A DNA stretch of 53,083 nt, taken from positions 1 to 53,083 of the forward strand of contig VGKH01000004.1 in assembly GCA_016867135.1 (NCBI GenBank), in the 5' to 3' direction. This DNA comes from Candidatus Omnitrophota bacterium. GTDB taxonomy: Bacteria > Omnitrophota > Gorgyraeia > VGKH01. The position numbers and the translations under genes were made by a program. The notes under the pieces are model-generated. The model searched no databases and had not been told where the DNA came from. It saw nothing but the letters and a program-made list of their open reading frames with translations. Shown one piece after another: positions 17,725 to 28,065 of this stretch. Position 1 is the first letter of the stretch. The number at the start of each line of letters is the position of its first letter.

Positions 17725-19497
17725 ATGAGTTTAAAGAAGAAATTCATAATTCTATCTGTAGTAATGTTCGCTGTTCTAATCTCGGGTTTTTTTACTCAGG
17801 CTTTTCTTGAATATAGAAAAGCCTCTCTAATTTACGAAGCCGAAACCAAAGAAAATAGCATAGCTATCGAAGGGATTCTTAAATTAAAGAGTTCGTCGCT
17901 TGAAGGCTACGCGTATGATTATACTTATTGGGATGAAATGGTTGATTTAATTAATAAAAAGGATGAAAATTGGGCAAAAAATAACTTGGATGCCAGCCTC
18001 GATACATACGATGCTAACGCTGATTGGGTATATAGCACTGATTTGGATTTGATTTACTCTGTGAATAATTTAGGCAGCGAAGGCGCATTAAAAGAAATCC
18101 CGATTGATAAAACATCCGTTAAACAACTATTCGCCAAAAACAAATTTTGCCATTTTTTTGTTAAGACTGAAAGCGGTTTTATGGAAATCTATGGCGCAAC
18201 TGTGCATCCCAGTAATGACCACGAGAGAAAAACTGCTCCGAGAGGTTACTTCTTTACGGGAAGGCTTTGGGACGAGGATTTTATTAAGGAAATTAGTGAA
18301 TTTATAGGTGTATCTGTTAAGGATATAGCATTTAATACCGCAGCAGAGACCCAGAAGATAACTCAAAAGTTTAACGAGCTAAAAAACAAAACATTATTTT
18401 CCTATGCTTTCGAAGGGTGGGATGGAAACACTTTGGCGTTCTTTAATATTACAAAGCCGCTCGAGAGCTATCTTGTGTATACTAAGCTTATCCATCAAAA
18501 TTTTATTTTTATAGTTATCGCATCTAGCTTATTTTTTGTTGGTTGGTTGTGTGTTTTATTATGGTTTTTTGGGCCTTTGCATGCATTATCTTTGGCATTA
18601 GCCCAACAAAATACCTCTTATATAAATAAGTTTCGTAAAGATATCTCAGAGTTCGGCAATATCACCCGCTTGATCTTCGATTTTTTTGAGCAAAGGCTAG
18701 TTTTGGTAAATCAGATTAAAGAGCGCCAGAAGGCAGAAGAGGGGCTTAAAAAAGCATACGAAGAATTAAAAAAGACACAGAATGAATTAGTCCAAACCGA
18801 GAAAATATCTGCATTGGGTAGGTTCTCTCTGGGCGCAGCGCATGAAATAAAAAATCCGCTGGCGATTATTTTATCCGGGGCTGAATTCTTGGAATCACAA
18901 AACAAGTGTTCCCAAGATGAGGATATTAAAACGGCGGTTGCCAAGATTAAAGATTCTGTATCTAGGGCAGATAGAATATTGCAGTCACTTTTGAAGTTCG
19001 CCCGTCCATCTGAGCTCAAAATCGAAACCGTAAAACCCGAAACCTTTATAAATGAAACTATATTTATGTTGGCATATAAAATTAATCAAGCCGGCATAAA
19101 ACTTGTTACCGATTTTAGCCAGGGATCTTTCTATATCGCGATTGATAAAAACCAGATGCAACAGGTGATACTTAATGCGATGTTTAACGCCATGGAAGCA
19201 ATGCCTAGCGGCGGGGTCTTAAATATTAGAGTATATCAATTGGTAATTCCGGGAGTTTTTGATGATAAGCCAGCTTGCGTGATTGAAATTACCGATAGTG
19301 GCATGGGAATGTCCCCAGAGGTTTTGGCAAGAGTATTCGAGCCATTTTTTACTAGCAAAAGAGACCGGGCAGGCACGGGGCTGGGGCTGTCTATTTCCAA
19401 GTCAATTGTAAAAAACCATAGCGGCGATTTGTTAGTCGATAGTAAATTAGGCAAGGGCACAACCGTCAAAATCGTGCTTCCAATCGCCAAAAGCTAA
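17725..19497 (+). CDS. Sensor histidine kinase with CHASE4-like periplasmic domain
   Basis: DYTYWDEM; AHEIKNPL H-box; N, G1, F and G2 boxes (GTGLGL). Confidence 0.9.
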   Translation: MSLKKKFIILSVVMFAVLISGFFTQAFLEYRKASLIYEAETKENSIAIEGILKLKSSSLEGYAYDYTYWDEMVDLINKKDENWAKNNLDASLDTYDANADWVYSTDLDLIYSVNNLGSEGALKEIPIDKTSVKQLFAKNKFCHFFVKTESGFMEIYGATVHPSNDHERKTAPRGYFFTGRLWDEDFIKEISEFIGVSVKDIAFNTAAETQKITQKFNELKNKTLFSYAFEGWDGNTLAFFNITKPLESYLVYTKLIHQNFIFIVIASSLFFVGWLCVLLWFFGPLHALSLALAQQNTSYINKFRKDISEFGNITRLIFDFFEQRLVLVNQIKERQKAEEGLKKAYEELKKTQNELVQTEKISALGRFSLGAAHEIKNPLAIILSGAEFLESQNKCSQDEDIKTAVAKIKDSVSRADRILQSLLKFARPSELKIETVKPETFINETIFMLAYKINQAGIKLVTDFSQGSFYIAIDKNQMQQVILNAMFNAMEAMPSGGVLNIRVYQLVIPGVFDDKPACVIEITDSGMGMSPEVLARVFEPFFTSKRDRAGTGLGLSISKSIVKNHSGDLLVDSKLGKGTTVKIVLPIAKS

Positions 19498-19511
19498 AAG
19501 GAGGTAGTAAA

Positions 19512-19892
19512 ATGAAACAAAAGATCTTGCTTATTGATGACGAAAAAGACTTTTGTTTTTTTCTAAAGAAGAATTTAGAATCAAAGGCAGAGTTAGAGGT
19601 AACGTTTTGCCATTCGGGAGAGGAAGGAATAAGATTAGCGGAAGAATTGAGGCCCGATTTAATTTTGCTTGATATAATTATGCCCGGTATGGATGGTTCA
19701 GAAGTGGCTGCGCAATTAAAAAGTAGCAGCCTAGCTTCAAACATACCAGTGGTTTTTTTAACCGCAGTGCTCACGGGAAAAGAGTCGGAAGAAAGAGACC
19801 GTTTTATCGGCGGCTGGCATTATATCGGTAAGCCTGTCGATACCAATAAACTTATAGATTTGATCAACAAATTAACTTCAAGTCAGAAATAA
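19512..19892 (+). CDS. Single-domain response regulator
   Basis: LLIDDE, LDIIMPGMDG and KP. Confidence 0.92.
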   Translation: MKQKILLIDDEKDFCFFLKKNLESKAELEVTFCHSGEEGIRLAEELRPDLILLDIIMPGMDGSEVAAQLKSSSLASNIPVVFLTAVLTGKESEERDRFIGGWHYIGKPVDTNKLIDLINKLTSSQK

Positions 19893-19930
19893 TTATAGAG
19901 TAAGCGTATTTTTAATCATTTTGTAATGAT

Positions 19931-20362
19931 ATGCAGATACTTATCATAATAAATAGTTATTTATTCAAATTACTAAATTTCGTTCTTGGTAAAACCAAAA
20001 TATTTATTGTTATTCTGGGTTGGTTTTTGGTTGTTAGTGGTGCCATTATGCTTATCTGGCCTGAACGCGCCCGCAGAAAATTAGTCAGAATGGGGTTTCG
20101 CCAGGTAAAATGGATTTTACTTATAGGAGCTCTTTATCTAGTATCTCTGCTATCCTCAATTAGCGATAATTTCGGTCCAGTAATATTTATAGTTGGGATT
20201 ATAGCGATAATATTCGCTTATTTATTTTTAAAAAAGAAGACCTTTCGCAAAATTCAAGAGCAATTCGCTAAGATTCCTGTCAAAGCTTTGAAGGTGTTTG
20301 CTGTAATCCAGATTATTTTAGGCTTTTTTATGATTTTCTTTCTTAAGCGAATTTGGTTTTAA
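19931..20362 (+). CDS. Hypothetical membrane protein
   Basis: Four hydrophobic segments. Confidence 0.65.
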   Translation: MQILIIINSYLFKLLNFVLGKTKIFIVILGWFLVVSGAIMLIWPERARRKLVRMGFRQVKWILLIGALYLVSLLSSISDNFGPVIFIVGIIAIIFAYLFLKKKTFRKIQEQFAKIPVKALKVFAVIQIILGFFMIFFLKRIWF

Positions 20363-20411
20363 TATTTATTTTCTAATTGAAACAAAAAATAGGGAGGGGG
20401 GTGGACAAATA

Positions 20412-20579
20412 ATGAAGATCGTAAAAATAATCTTGGCAATAATTTTGCCTCCGGTCGCAGCTTTCATGCAGGTAGGGCTTACGACTAATTTCTGGATAAA
20501 TTTAGTTTTGACTTTGATTTTCTTCGTGCCTGGAATAATTCATGCTCTCTGGCTCGTCTTAACAGACAAAAAAGCCTAA
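20412..20579 (+). CDS. YqaE/Pmp3 family membrane protein (55 aa, not in ORF track)
   Basis: MKIVKIILAIILPPVAAF...FWINLVLTLIFFVPGIIHALW. Confidence 0.88.
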   Translation: MKIVKIILAIILPPVAAFMQVGLTTNFWINLVLTLIFFVPGIIHALWLVLTDKKA

Positions 20580-20617
20580 TATTTGTGTTTACCAATATAT
20601 TTTGAGGTGGATATTAA

Positions 20618-22183
20618 ATGTCAGTAATTAAATCCGCCAGGGATAGGTGGTCTTCGCGCCTGGGGATTATTATGGCAGTGGCGGGTTCTGCTGTTGGTCT
20701 AGGGAATTTTTTGCGTTTTCCTGCCAAGGTTGCAGCTAATGGCGGCGGAGCCTTTATGGTTCCGTATTTTGTTTCACTCCTTTTATTAGGCATCCCTTTA
20801 ATGTGGATTGAATGGACTCTTGGCCGTTACGGCGGAGGTTTTGGCCATGGAACAGCGCCCGGGATATTTCATAGCGTCTGGCAGAAGAGCCGTTTCATTA
20901 AGTATTTCGGTGTCATTGGTATATTCGGTCCATTAGTTATTTTTATTTATTACACCTACATCGAATCCTGGACTCTCGCCTATAGTTTTTTCGCCATTAC
21001 CGGAAAGTATGCCCAAGCCGTTGATCAGGCTGGCATGAAAAGTTTTTTAAGTGCTTACCAGGGCTTGGAGCATAATCAATATTTTAGCGGGATAAGTACT
21101 GCCTACCTATTTTTTCTGCTTACTTTTATCGCCAATATAGTTATCATTTTTCATGGAATAAAAGGAGGGATAGAGAAATTCTGTAAATGGGCGATGCCGT
21201 GTTTATTTTTATTCGCCCTTGTGCTTTTTTTGCGCGTTCTTACGTTAGGCACTCCCGATGCTGCTAATCAGAATTGGAATGTTAGCAGCGGGCTAGGTTT
21301 TATCTGGAATCCCGATTTTTCCGCCTTGAAATCTGCCAGGGTTTGGCTTGAGGCAGCAGGACAAATATTTTTTACTCTAAGCGTAGGAATCGGCGTTATC
21401 CTTACTTATGCCAGTTATCTTTCTAAGGGCGATGATATAGTCCTGTCCGGGACAACAGCGGTTAGCATAAATGAATTTGCGGAGGTAATCTTAGGCGGCA
21501 GTATTATTCTTACTGCTGCCTTTGTATTTTTTGGTCCGGTAGATATAAAATCCATTAGCCAATCGGGGATTTTTAACTTGAGTTTTGTTACTATGCCGCT
21601 TATATTGAATAAATTGCCTCTGGAGCATTTGTTTGGTTTTTTCTGGTTTTTTCTTTTGTTTTTGGCCGGAGTTACATCGTCGGTGTCGCTTGCCCAGCCG
21701 GCAGTTGCATTTCTGGAAGATGAGTTTAATATCAAGCGCAATAAGGCAGTTTTTATTTTTGGTTTGGTAGCATTTGTCCTTTGCCATATCCCGATATTTT
21801 TCTTAAAAAACGGGGTGGTAGATGAGCTGGATTTCTGGGGCGGGACATTTTTCCTGGTGGTATTTGCCACAATTGAAGTGATTCTTTTTAGCTGGGTTTT
21901 TGGCATGGAGAATGCCTGGAAAGAGATCCATCACGGCGCCGACATGGAGGTTCCACGCATCTATAAATTCATTATCAAATATATTACGCCGTTGTTTTTG
22001 ATTGCCATTCTTACAATGTGGTTAATCCAGGATTGGATTCCTGTTATTTTTATGAAAAATGTGCCGGTTGAGAACCGAATGTATATTTTGGCAACGAGGA
22101 TTTTGTTGGTAATTATTTTTGTGACATTGGCTTTCTTGGTGCGTATTGCCTGGAAGCGTAAGCTAACGAAGAGGCAGGATTAA
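20618..22183 (+). CDS. Sodium-dependent transporter (NSS/SNF family)
   Basis: RDRWSSR, GSAVGLGNFLRFP and QIFFTLSVG (LeuT-like). Confidence 0.93.
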   Translation: MSVIKSARDRWSSRLGIIMAVAGSAVGLGNFLRFPAKVAANGGGAFMVPYFVSLLLLGIPLMWIEWTLGRYGGGFGHGTAPGIFHSVWQKSRFIKYFGVIGIFGPLVIFIYYTYIESWTLAYSFFAITGKYAQAVDQAGMKSFLSAYQGLEHNQYFSGISTAYLFFLLTFIANIVIIFHGIKGGIEKFCKWAMPCLFLFALVLFLRVLTLGTPDAANQNWNVSSGLGFIWNPDFSALKSARVWLEAAGQIFFTLSVGIGVILTYASYLSKGDDIVLSGTTAVSINEFAEVILGGSIILTAAFVFFGPVDIKSISQSGIFNLSFVTMPLILNKLPLEHLFGFFWFFLLFLAGVTSSVSLAQPAVAFLEDEFNIKRNKAVFIFGLVAFVLCHIPIFFLKNGVVDELDFWGGTFFLVVFATIEVILFSWVFGMENAWKEIHHGADMEVPRIYKFIIKYITPLFLIAILTMWLIQDWIPVIFMKNVPVENRMYILATRILLVIIFVTLAFLVRIAWKRKLTKRQD

Positions 22184-22288
22184 ATGAAGCCAAGCGGTTG
22201 GATATTTTTAGTTGTATCCTGGGGATTCATTTTAGGATTTACGGTTTTTTGTTTCGTGCGTGTTATATCCAGAAGGCGATTTAAATAA
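22184..22288 (+). CDS. Small single-TM protein (34 aa), putative NSS accessory subunit
   Basis: MKPSGWIFLVVSWGFILGFTVFCFVRVISRRRFK; starts immediately after the transporter stop. Confidence 0.6.
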   Translation: MKPSGWIFLVVSWGFILGFTVFCFVRVISRRRFK

Positions 22289-22316
22289 TATTTTCAGGCT
22301 TTTAAGGAGGTGTAGT

Positions 22317-22736
22317 ATGAATAGACGTATAGTTTTGTTTATGGTGGTAATTTTTTCTATGGTTATACCTGTAGTTTGTTTTTCCGAGGGGCAAGCCGCG
22401 AAAGAATCTCAGAAGTCCGAGATGCGTACCGGTGTGGTGCGTAAGGGCGTGATGATGCAAAAGGAAGGCATGCGTCCCATGCCGTCAATGATGATGAAAT
22501 CGATGATGGAAAAATCAATCGTAGCAACTCAAGATGGCGGAGTAGTTGTTTTAGTCGGAAATAAGCTCTTGAAATACGATAAGAATCTTAATTTACAGAA
22601 AGAAGTCGAGATTAAAATTGATCCTTCTGGCATGAAGGATAAAATGATGCCAATGCAAGAAAAACAGAAGGGTTGCGGCGGCATGATGCAGCAAGAAAAT
22701 AAGCAAGAAGTTCCTGCTGAAATTCAAGAGAGGTAA
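22317..22736 (+). CDS. Secreted Met-rich hypothetical protein
   Basis: SD AAGGAGGT; signal peptide; IVATQDGGVVVLVGNKLLKYD. Confidence 0.7.
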   Translation: MNRRIVLFMVVIFSMVIPVVCFSEGQAAKESQKSEMRTGVVRKGVMMQKEGMRPMPSMMMKSMMEKSIVATQDGGVVVLVGNKLLKYDKNLNLQKEVEIKIDPSGMKDKMMPMQEKQKGCGGMMQQENKQEVPAEIQER

Positions 22737-22744
22737 ATTCTGGG

Positions 22745-23071
22745 ATGGATAAATTTCATATTGTTATTAATGCCGTAAGTTTAGCGCTGAATATTATCGG
22801 CGCATTGATTACGGTCTGGGGCATAGTTATCTCTCTTTTTGATTTCTTAAAGAAAGAAATCCTGCGTAAAAAAGACGTAGTCCAGCTAAACGAATCTATC
22901 CGCATCAAATTGGGCAGCTATCTTGTTTTGGCCCTGGAGTTCTTTATCGCCAGCGACATTGTAAGGATGATTATTGCTCCCAGCTGGCAGAGTCTGGGGA
23001 TATTGGGCGCGATTGTGGTTATTAGGACTGTCTTGAGCTATTTCTTGACTAAAGATTTAAAGAAGATATAA
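22745..23071 (+). CDS. DUF1622 family membrane protein
   Basis: LGSYLVLALEFFIASDI and IRTVLSYFL. Confidence 0.85.
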   Translation: MDKFHIVINAVSLALNIIGALITVWGIVISLFDFLKKEILRKKDVVQLNESIRIKLGSYLVLALEFFIASDIVRMIIAPSWQSLGILGAIVVIRTVLSYFLTKDLKKI

Positions 23072-23158
23072 CAGGCAGTGGCCACTAGATAGAATTTAGT
23101 ATAAATAGAGATTTTCTCTGTGGCAATTTTGTATCAAGGATTTTTTGAAGGAGGTCTT

Positions 23159-23431
23159 ATGGATTGGAAAGTATTCTTAGCGACCTTTAGCGCAATATTT
23201 TTCGCAGAGTTGGCAGACAAGACCCAATTAGTCGGTATCGGCATGACAGCAAAATCAGGAAAACCTTTAGTTGTATGGTTAGGTTCGGTTGCTGCTTATA
23301 TAGTGGTTACGGCAATTACCGTTTTGATTGGAGCAACATTAGGAAAATTTATTAAGCCGGAAATGATAAGGTATGCCAGTGCTTTTTTGTTTGTTATAAT
23401 CGGAGTGCTTATATTCGTTGGGAAAATATAA
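23159..23431 (+). CDS. TMEM165/GDT1 (UPF0016) family, single-repeat form
   Basis: IFFAELADKTQL motif. Confidence 0.85.
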   Translation: MDWKVFLATFSAIFFAELADKTQLVGIGMTAKSGKPLVVWLGSVAAYIVVTAITVLIGATLGKFIKPEMIRYASAFLFVIIGVLIFVGKI

Positions 23432-23523
23432 TTAGCTCTTAACAAAACCATTGAAGATAGTTTTTGTTTGGAGTAGAATAAAAAGACCAAGTTTATAGAT
23501 GCTAGATTTTAAAGGAGGTTTTT

Positions 23524-23862
23524 ATGCAATTAAAGGATCTGCAGGGCAAACTAGTTCTTTTTAAATTTTCGGAAGATATCAGGCCGAGTTTGCCGCTCTT
23601 TCAAATTTATACCGATGAGTTATGGGCGGTTGTTACGGGGATTGACGATGTGGGTATCTGGGTAGAAAATCCCAAATACGATTTGGGTATTTGGTGGGAC
23701 AAAAATGGGGAATTAATCCCCCAGCAAAAACAAAAACAGGAGAAATTTAAAACCAATATCCTTATCCCTTGGCGTTATATAAAGGCTTTGATGAGCGTTG
23801 ATGATGAGCGTTTTCAGAAAGTCAAAAGCGATAGCATGCCCGGTTTTCAAACGTATAGATAA
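23524..23862 (+). CDS. Hypothetical protein
   Basis: Strong SD; VTGIDDVGIWVE...ILIPWRYI suggests an Sm/SH3-like beta fold. Confidence 0.65.
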   Translation: MQLKDLQGKLVLFKFSEDIRPSLPLFQIYTDELWAVVTGIDDVGIWVENPKYDLGIWWDKNGELIPQQKQKQEKFKTNILIPWRYIKALMSVDDERFQKVKSDSMPGFQTYR

Positions 23863-23889
23863 ATAATTCATTTAAAAAAGGAGACAGGA

Positions 23890-24276
23890 ATGTTTAAAAA
23901 ATTAGTAATTTTTGTTATTTTATTGGCTTTAGTTCCTTGTCTTTGCGGTTGCTTTGTATTACTAGCAGGAGCTGCGGGAGGAGCAGGCACAGCAGCCTGG
24001 CTTTCCAATAAATTAACCCAGGAAGTTAATGCGCCATTTGAGAAATCTATAGAAGCGACTAAATCAGCTTTGAAGTCTTTGAAGCTTTATGTTGAGAAAG
24101 AGATAAGAAAAGATAATGTCGCGCAGATAATGAGCAATTACTCTGACGGCAAGACCATCTGGATCGATATCCATAGATTAACTACTAAAACATCTCGGAT
24201 CGAAGTACGCGTAGGAGTGGCGGGCGATGAAGAGGCGGCGCGCAAGATCATGGATAAAATACTAAGGTATTTATAG
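23890..24276 (+). CDS. DUF3568 family lipoprotein
   Basis: LCGC lipobox, Gly/Ala-rich segment and IEVRVGVAGDE. Confidence 0.78.
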   Translation: MFKKLVIFVILLALVPCLCGCFVLLAGAAGGAGTAAWLSNKLTQEVNAPFEKSIEATKSALKSLKLYVEKEIRKDNVAQIMSNYSDGKTIWIDIHRLTTKTSRIEVRVGVAGDEEAARKIMDKILRYL

Positions 24277-24302
24277 TCTCGCCCAATAAAATCTCAAAGA
24301 TT

Positions 24303-25469
24303 ATGGCAAAAGATCCGATTTGCGGAATGACTATAAGCGAGTCTACCGGCTTAAAATTAAATTTTAAAGGCCAGGAATATTTTTTCTGCAGTCAGCGCTG
24401 CCTTGAGAAATTCGCCAAGGATAATACTATATCCGGCGACATCATGAGCGCTTGTGTAGTCTCGGGGAAAGTCCCTTTATACAAAAACAAGACTTTTATC
24501 GTTGCTTTAGCATTATTGATTTTATGCTTCTTGTCTTTAGCCTTGCCTTTTTTAGTTCCTTTTAAAGATACATTGCTTAGCTATTTTCAGAGGATCTGGT
24601 GGGCGATTATATTAGGTATTTTTCTTGGAGGAATAATCGATCATTATGTGCCGCGTGAATACTTTTCGCACATCTTAGCCAGGCCAAAAAAGCGCACAAT
24701 TTTTTATTCTGTTATCTTAGGATTTTTTATGAGTGTTTGTTCGCATGGGATTTTGGCATTATCAATCCAGCTGCATAAAAAAGGCGCATCTAACCCGGCG
24801 GTAGTTTCATTTTTGCTTGCTAGCCCATGGGCGAATATGACCTTGACGATTATGCTTCTAAGTTTTTTCGGCCTCAAGGCTCTATTTATCATTCTTTCCG
24901 CGATAGTAATTGCTATAAATACAGGATTTATTTTCCAGTTTTTAGAAAGTAAAAATCTGATTGAAAAGAATACCAATACCGCTATTCTCGAGGACAATTT
25001 TTCCATTAGGGATGATATAAGGAAAAGATTGAAAGAATACAAGTTATCCCTTAAGACTTTAAAGTCTGATTTTAAAGGAATTCTAAAAGGAATATTTGCT
25101 TTGTCGGATATGGTCTTATGGTGGGTTTTAGTTGGCGTGGGGCTTGCTAGTTTTGCCGGTGCATATATACCGACTCATGTTTTTACCACTTATCTAGGAG
25201 CAAGTTTTGTCGGGCTTTTATTGACGCTTTTATTGGCTACTATAATTGAGGTTTGTTCTGAGGGGTCATCTCCTATGGCTTTTGAGATCTATAGGCAGAC
25301 AGGAGCCTTCGGGAATAGTTTTGTGTTTTTGATGGCAGGAGTAGTTACCGATTACACTGAAATAGGACTTCTTTGGCATAATGTGGGTAGAAAAACTGCG
25401 ATTTGGCTTCCTATAGTAGCTGTCCCGCAGGCAGTATTCCTGGGCTGGATAGCAAATAAAATCTTTTAG
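24303..25469 (+). CDS. YHS-domain-fused DUF318-type permease
   Basis: KDPICGM...YFFCSQRC; SVCSHG, LASPW and EVCSEG. Confidence 0.85.
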   Translation: MAKDPICGMTISESTGLKLNFKGQEYFFCSQRCLEKFAKDNTISGDIMSACVVSGKVPLYKNKTFIVALALLILCFLSLALPFLVPFKDTLLSYFQRIWWAIILGIFLGGIIDHYVPREYFSHILARPKKRTIFYSVILGFFMSVCSHGILALSIQLHKKGASNPAVVSFLLASPWANMTLTIMLLSFFGLKALFIILSAIVIAINTGFIFQFLESKNLIEKNTNTAILEDNFSIRDDIRKRLKEYKLSLKTLKSDFKGILKGIFALSDMVLWWVLVGVGLASFAGAYIPTHVFTTYLGASFVGLLLTLLLATIIEVCSEGSSPMAFEIYRQTGAFGNSFVFLMAGVVTDYTEIGLLWHNVGRKTAIWLPIVAVPQAVFLGWIANKIF

Positions 25470-25508
25470 CTGGACAAAAGAGCAGTAATTGATTAAGATA
25501 ATTTAACC

Positions 25509-26219
25509 ATGGAAAGAAAAATAGTTTCTTGGATTAAGAAGCAGGTGAAGTTAGCTAATGCAAAAGGCATTGTTATGGGCATTAGCGGAGGCGTTGATTC
25601 CAGCGTGGTCGCGGCGCTATCCCAAAAGGCTGTTGGCAAGAATCTTTTATGCCTTATTTTACCTTGCCATAGTTTGAAAGAAGACTTAGAAGACGCCGAG
25701 TTATTAGCAAGGCAATTTAGACTAAATACAATTACAGTCGATCTTACGAGTATGTATGATAATTTTATTAAGATTTTACCAAAAGCCGATACTAAAGCCA
25801 AGGGTAACATAAAAGCTAGGTTGCGTATGATAACGCTTTACTACTTTGCCAATAAATTGAATTATTTGGTCGCTGGTACAGGCAACAAGTCCGAACTTTA
25901 TGCCGGATACTTTACTAAATATGGCGATGCCGGGGTAGATATTTTGCCCATAGCCGACCTATTTAAAACGGAAGTGAGAAAATTGGCGCGTTCTTTAGAT
26001 ATCCCGGAAAGAATTATTATCAAACCGCCCTCAGCTGGTCTTTGGCAGGGGCAAACCGATGAGGGAGAAATGGGTATAACCTATAATGACCTGGATTGCG
26101 CGCTTCAATGCATTTTAGAGAAAAAGAAGATAAAAAATATCAAGGATATCAGCAAAGTAAAAGATATTGTTGCTAAAACCGAGCATAAAAGAAAACCAGC
26201 TGCGATTTGCTATCTTTAA
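25509..26219 (+). CDS. nadE: NH3-dependent NAD+ synthetase
   Basis: SGGVDS, NIKARLRM, GYFTKYGD and QTDE. Confidence 0.95.
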   Translation: MERKIVSWIKKQVKLANAKGIVMGISGGVDSSVVAALSQKAVGKNLLCLILPCHSLKEDLEDAELLARQFRLNTITVDLTSMYDNFIKILPKADTKAKGNIKARLRMITLYYFANKLNYLVAGTGNKSELYAGYFTKYGDAGVDILPIADLFKTEVRKLARSLDIPERIIIKPPSAGLWQGQTDEGEMGITYNDLDCALQCILEKKKIKNIKDISKVKDIVAKTEHKRKPAAICYL

Positions 26220-26295
26220 AAAGTTTTTGAGAATTTTGTTGATGGAGAAGATTATTTGTGGTATATTTATAATAGAAAAGATAATTTAGGTTTTA

Positions 26296-26342
26296 GGACA
26301 AAGGCGTCCATTCTCTAAAGGAGGAGGGGCGCATTTTTATTT
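26296..26342 (+). promoter_or_regulatory. ANTAR-type hairpin overlapping a leader terminator
   Basis: GGAC-AAAGGC-GTCC hexaloop (A1, G4, C-G closing pair); alternative GCGTCC/GGGCGC stem plus T-run; promoter TTGATG-17-TATATT upstream. Confidence 0.6.
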
Positions 26343-26539
26343 ATCCGCCTTCGTTAAGACATTAACGAGATTTTTTCGAAGCTCTAGCGAAGAATAACTT
26401 CGGCGGATGTCGTCGAGAGGCAAACCAAAAGTAAGTCAGCGGATAACCCGCCGAAGCCAAAGGCGAGAGTGCTCCGACAAGCTCAGCATCCTTCGAAGTA
26501 TCCTGAGCGAAGTCGAAGGACTCTTTGGCGAAGGCGGGT
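26343..26539. repeat. Nested palindromic repeats in the gdhA leader
   Basis: ATCCGCCTTCG...CTTCGGCGGAT; CCCGCCGAAGCC...GGCGAAGGCGGG enclosing CGACAAGCTCAG and CCTGAGCGAAGTCGAAGG. Confidence 0.65.
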
Positions 26540-26588
26540 ATATACAGCTACTAGGGGCTTGCCCGCAAGCTCCATATAAGCATAATAG

Positions 26589-27944
<1,356 letters not shown>

Positions 27945-27981
27945 TTATATAACAACTTGATAGACAACAGATTTTGATGTT

Positions 27982-28065
27982 CATTTTGAATTTAAATCCA
28001 AGCCAGATAAAGCTCATCCTTTATTCAGGGATTTTATCCGAGCTTCACTCGGTAAAGCTCGCTAA
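27982..28065 (+). pseudogene. pyrG: CTP synthase C-terminal remnant
   Basis: Translates HFEFKSKPDKAHPLFRDFIRASLGKAR*, matching the PyrG tail FHPEFKSxPxxxHPLFxxFIxA. Confidence 0.7.
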
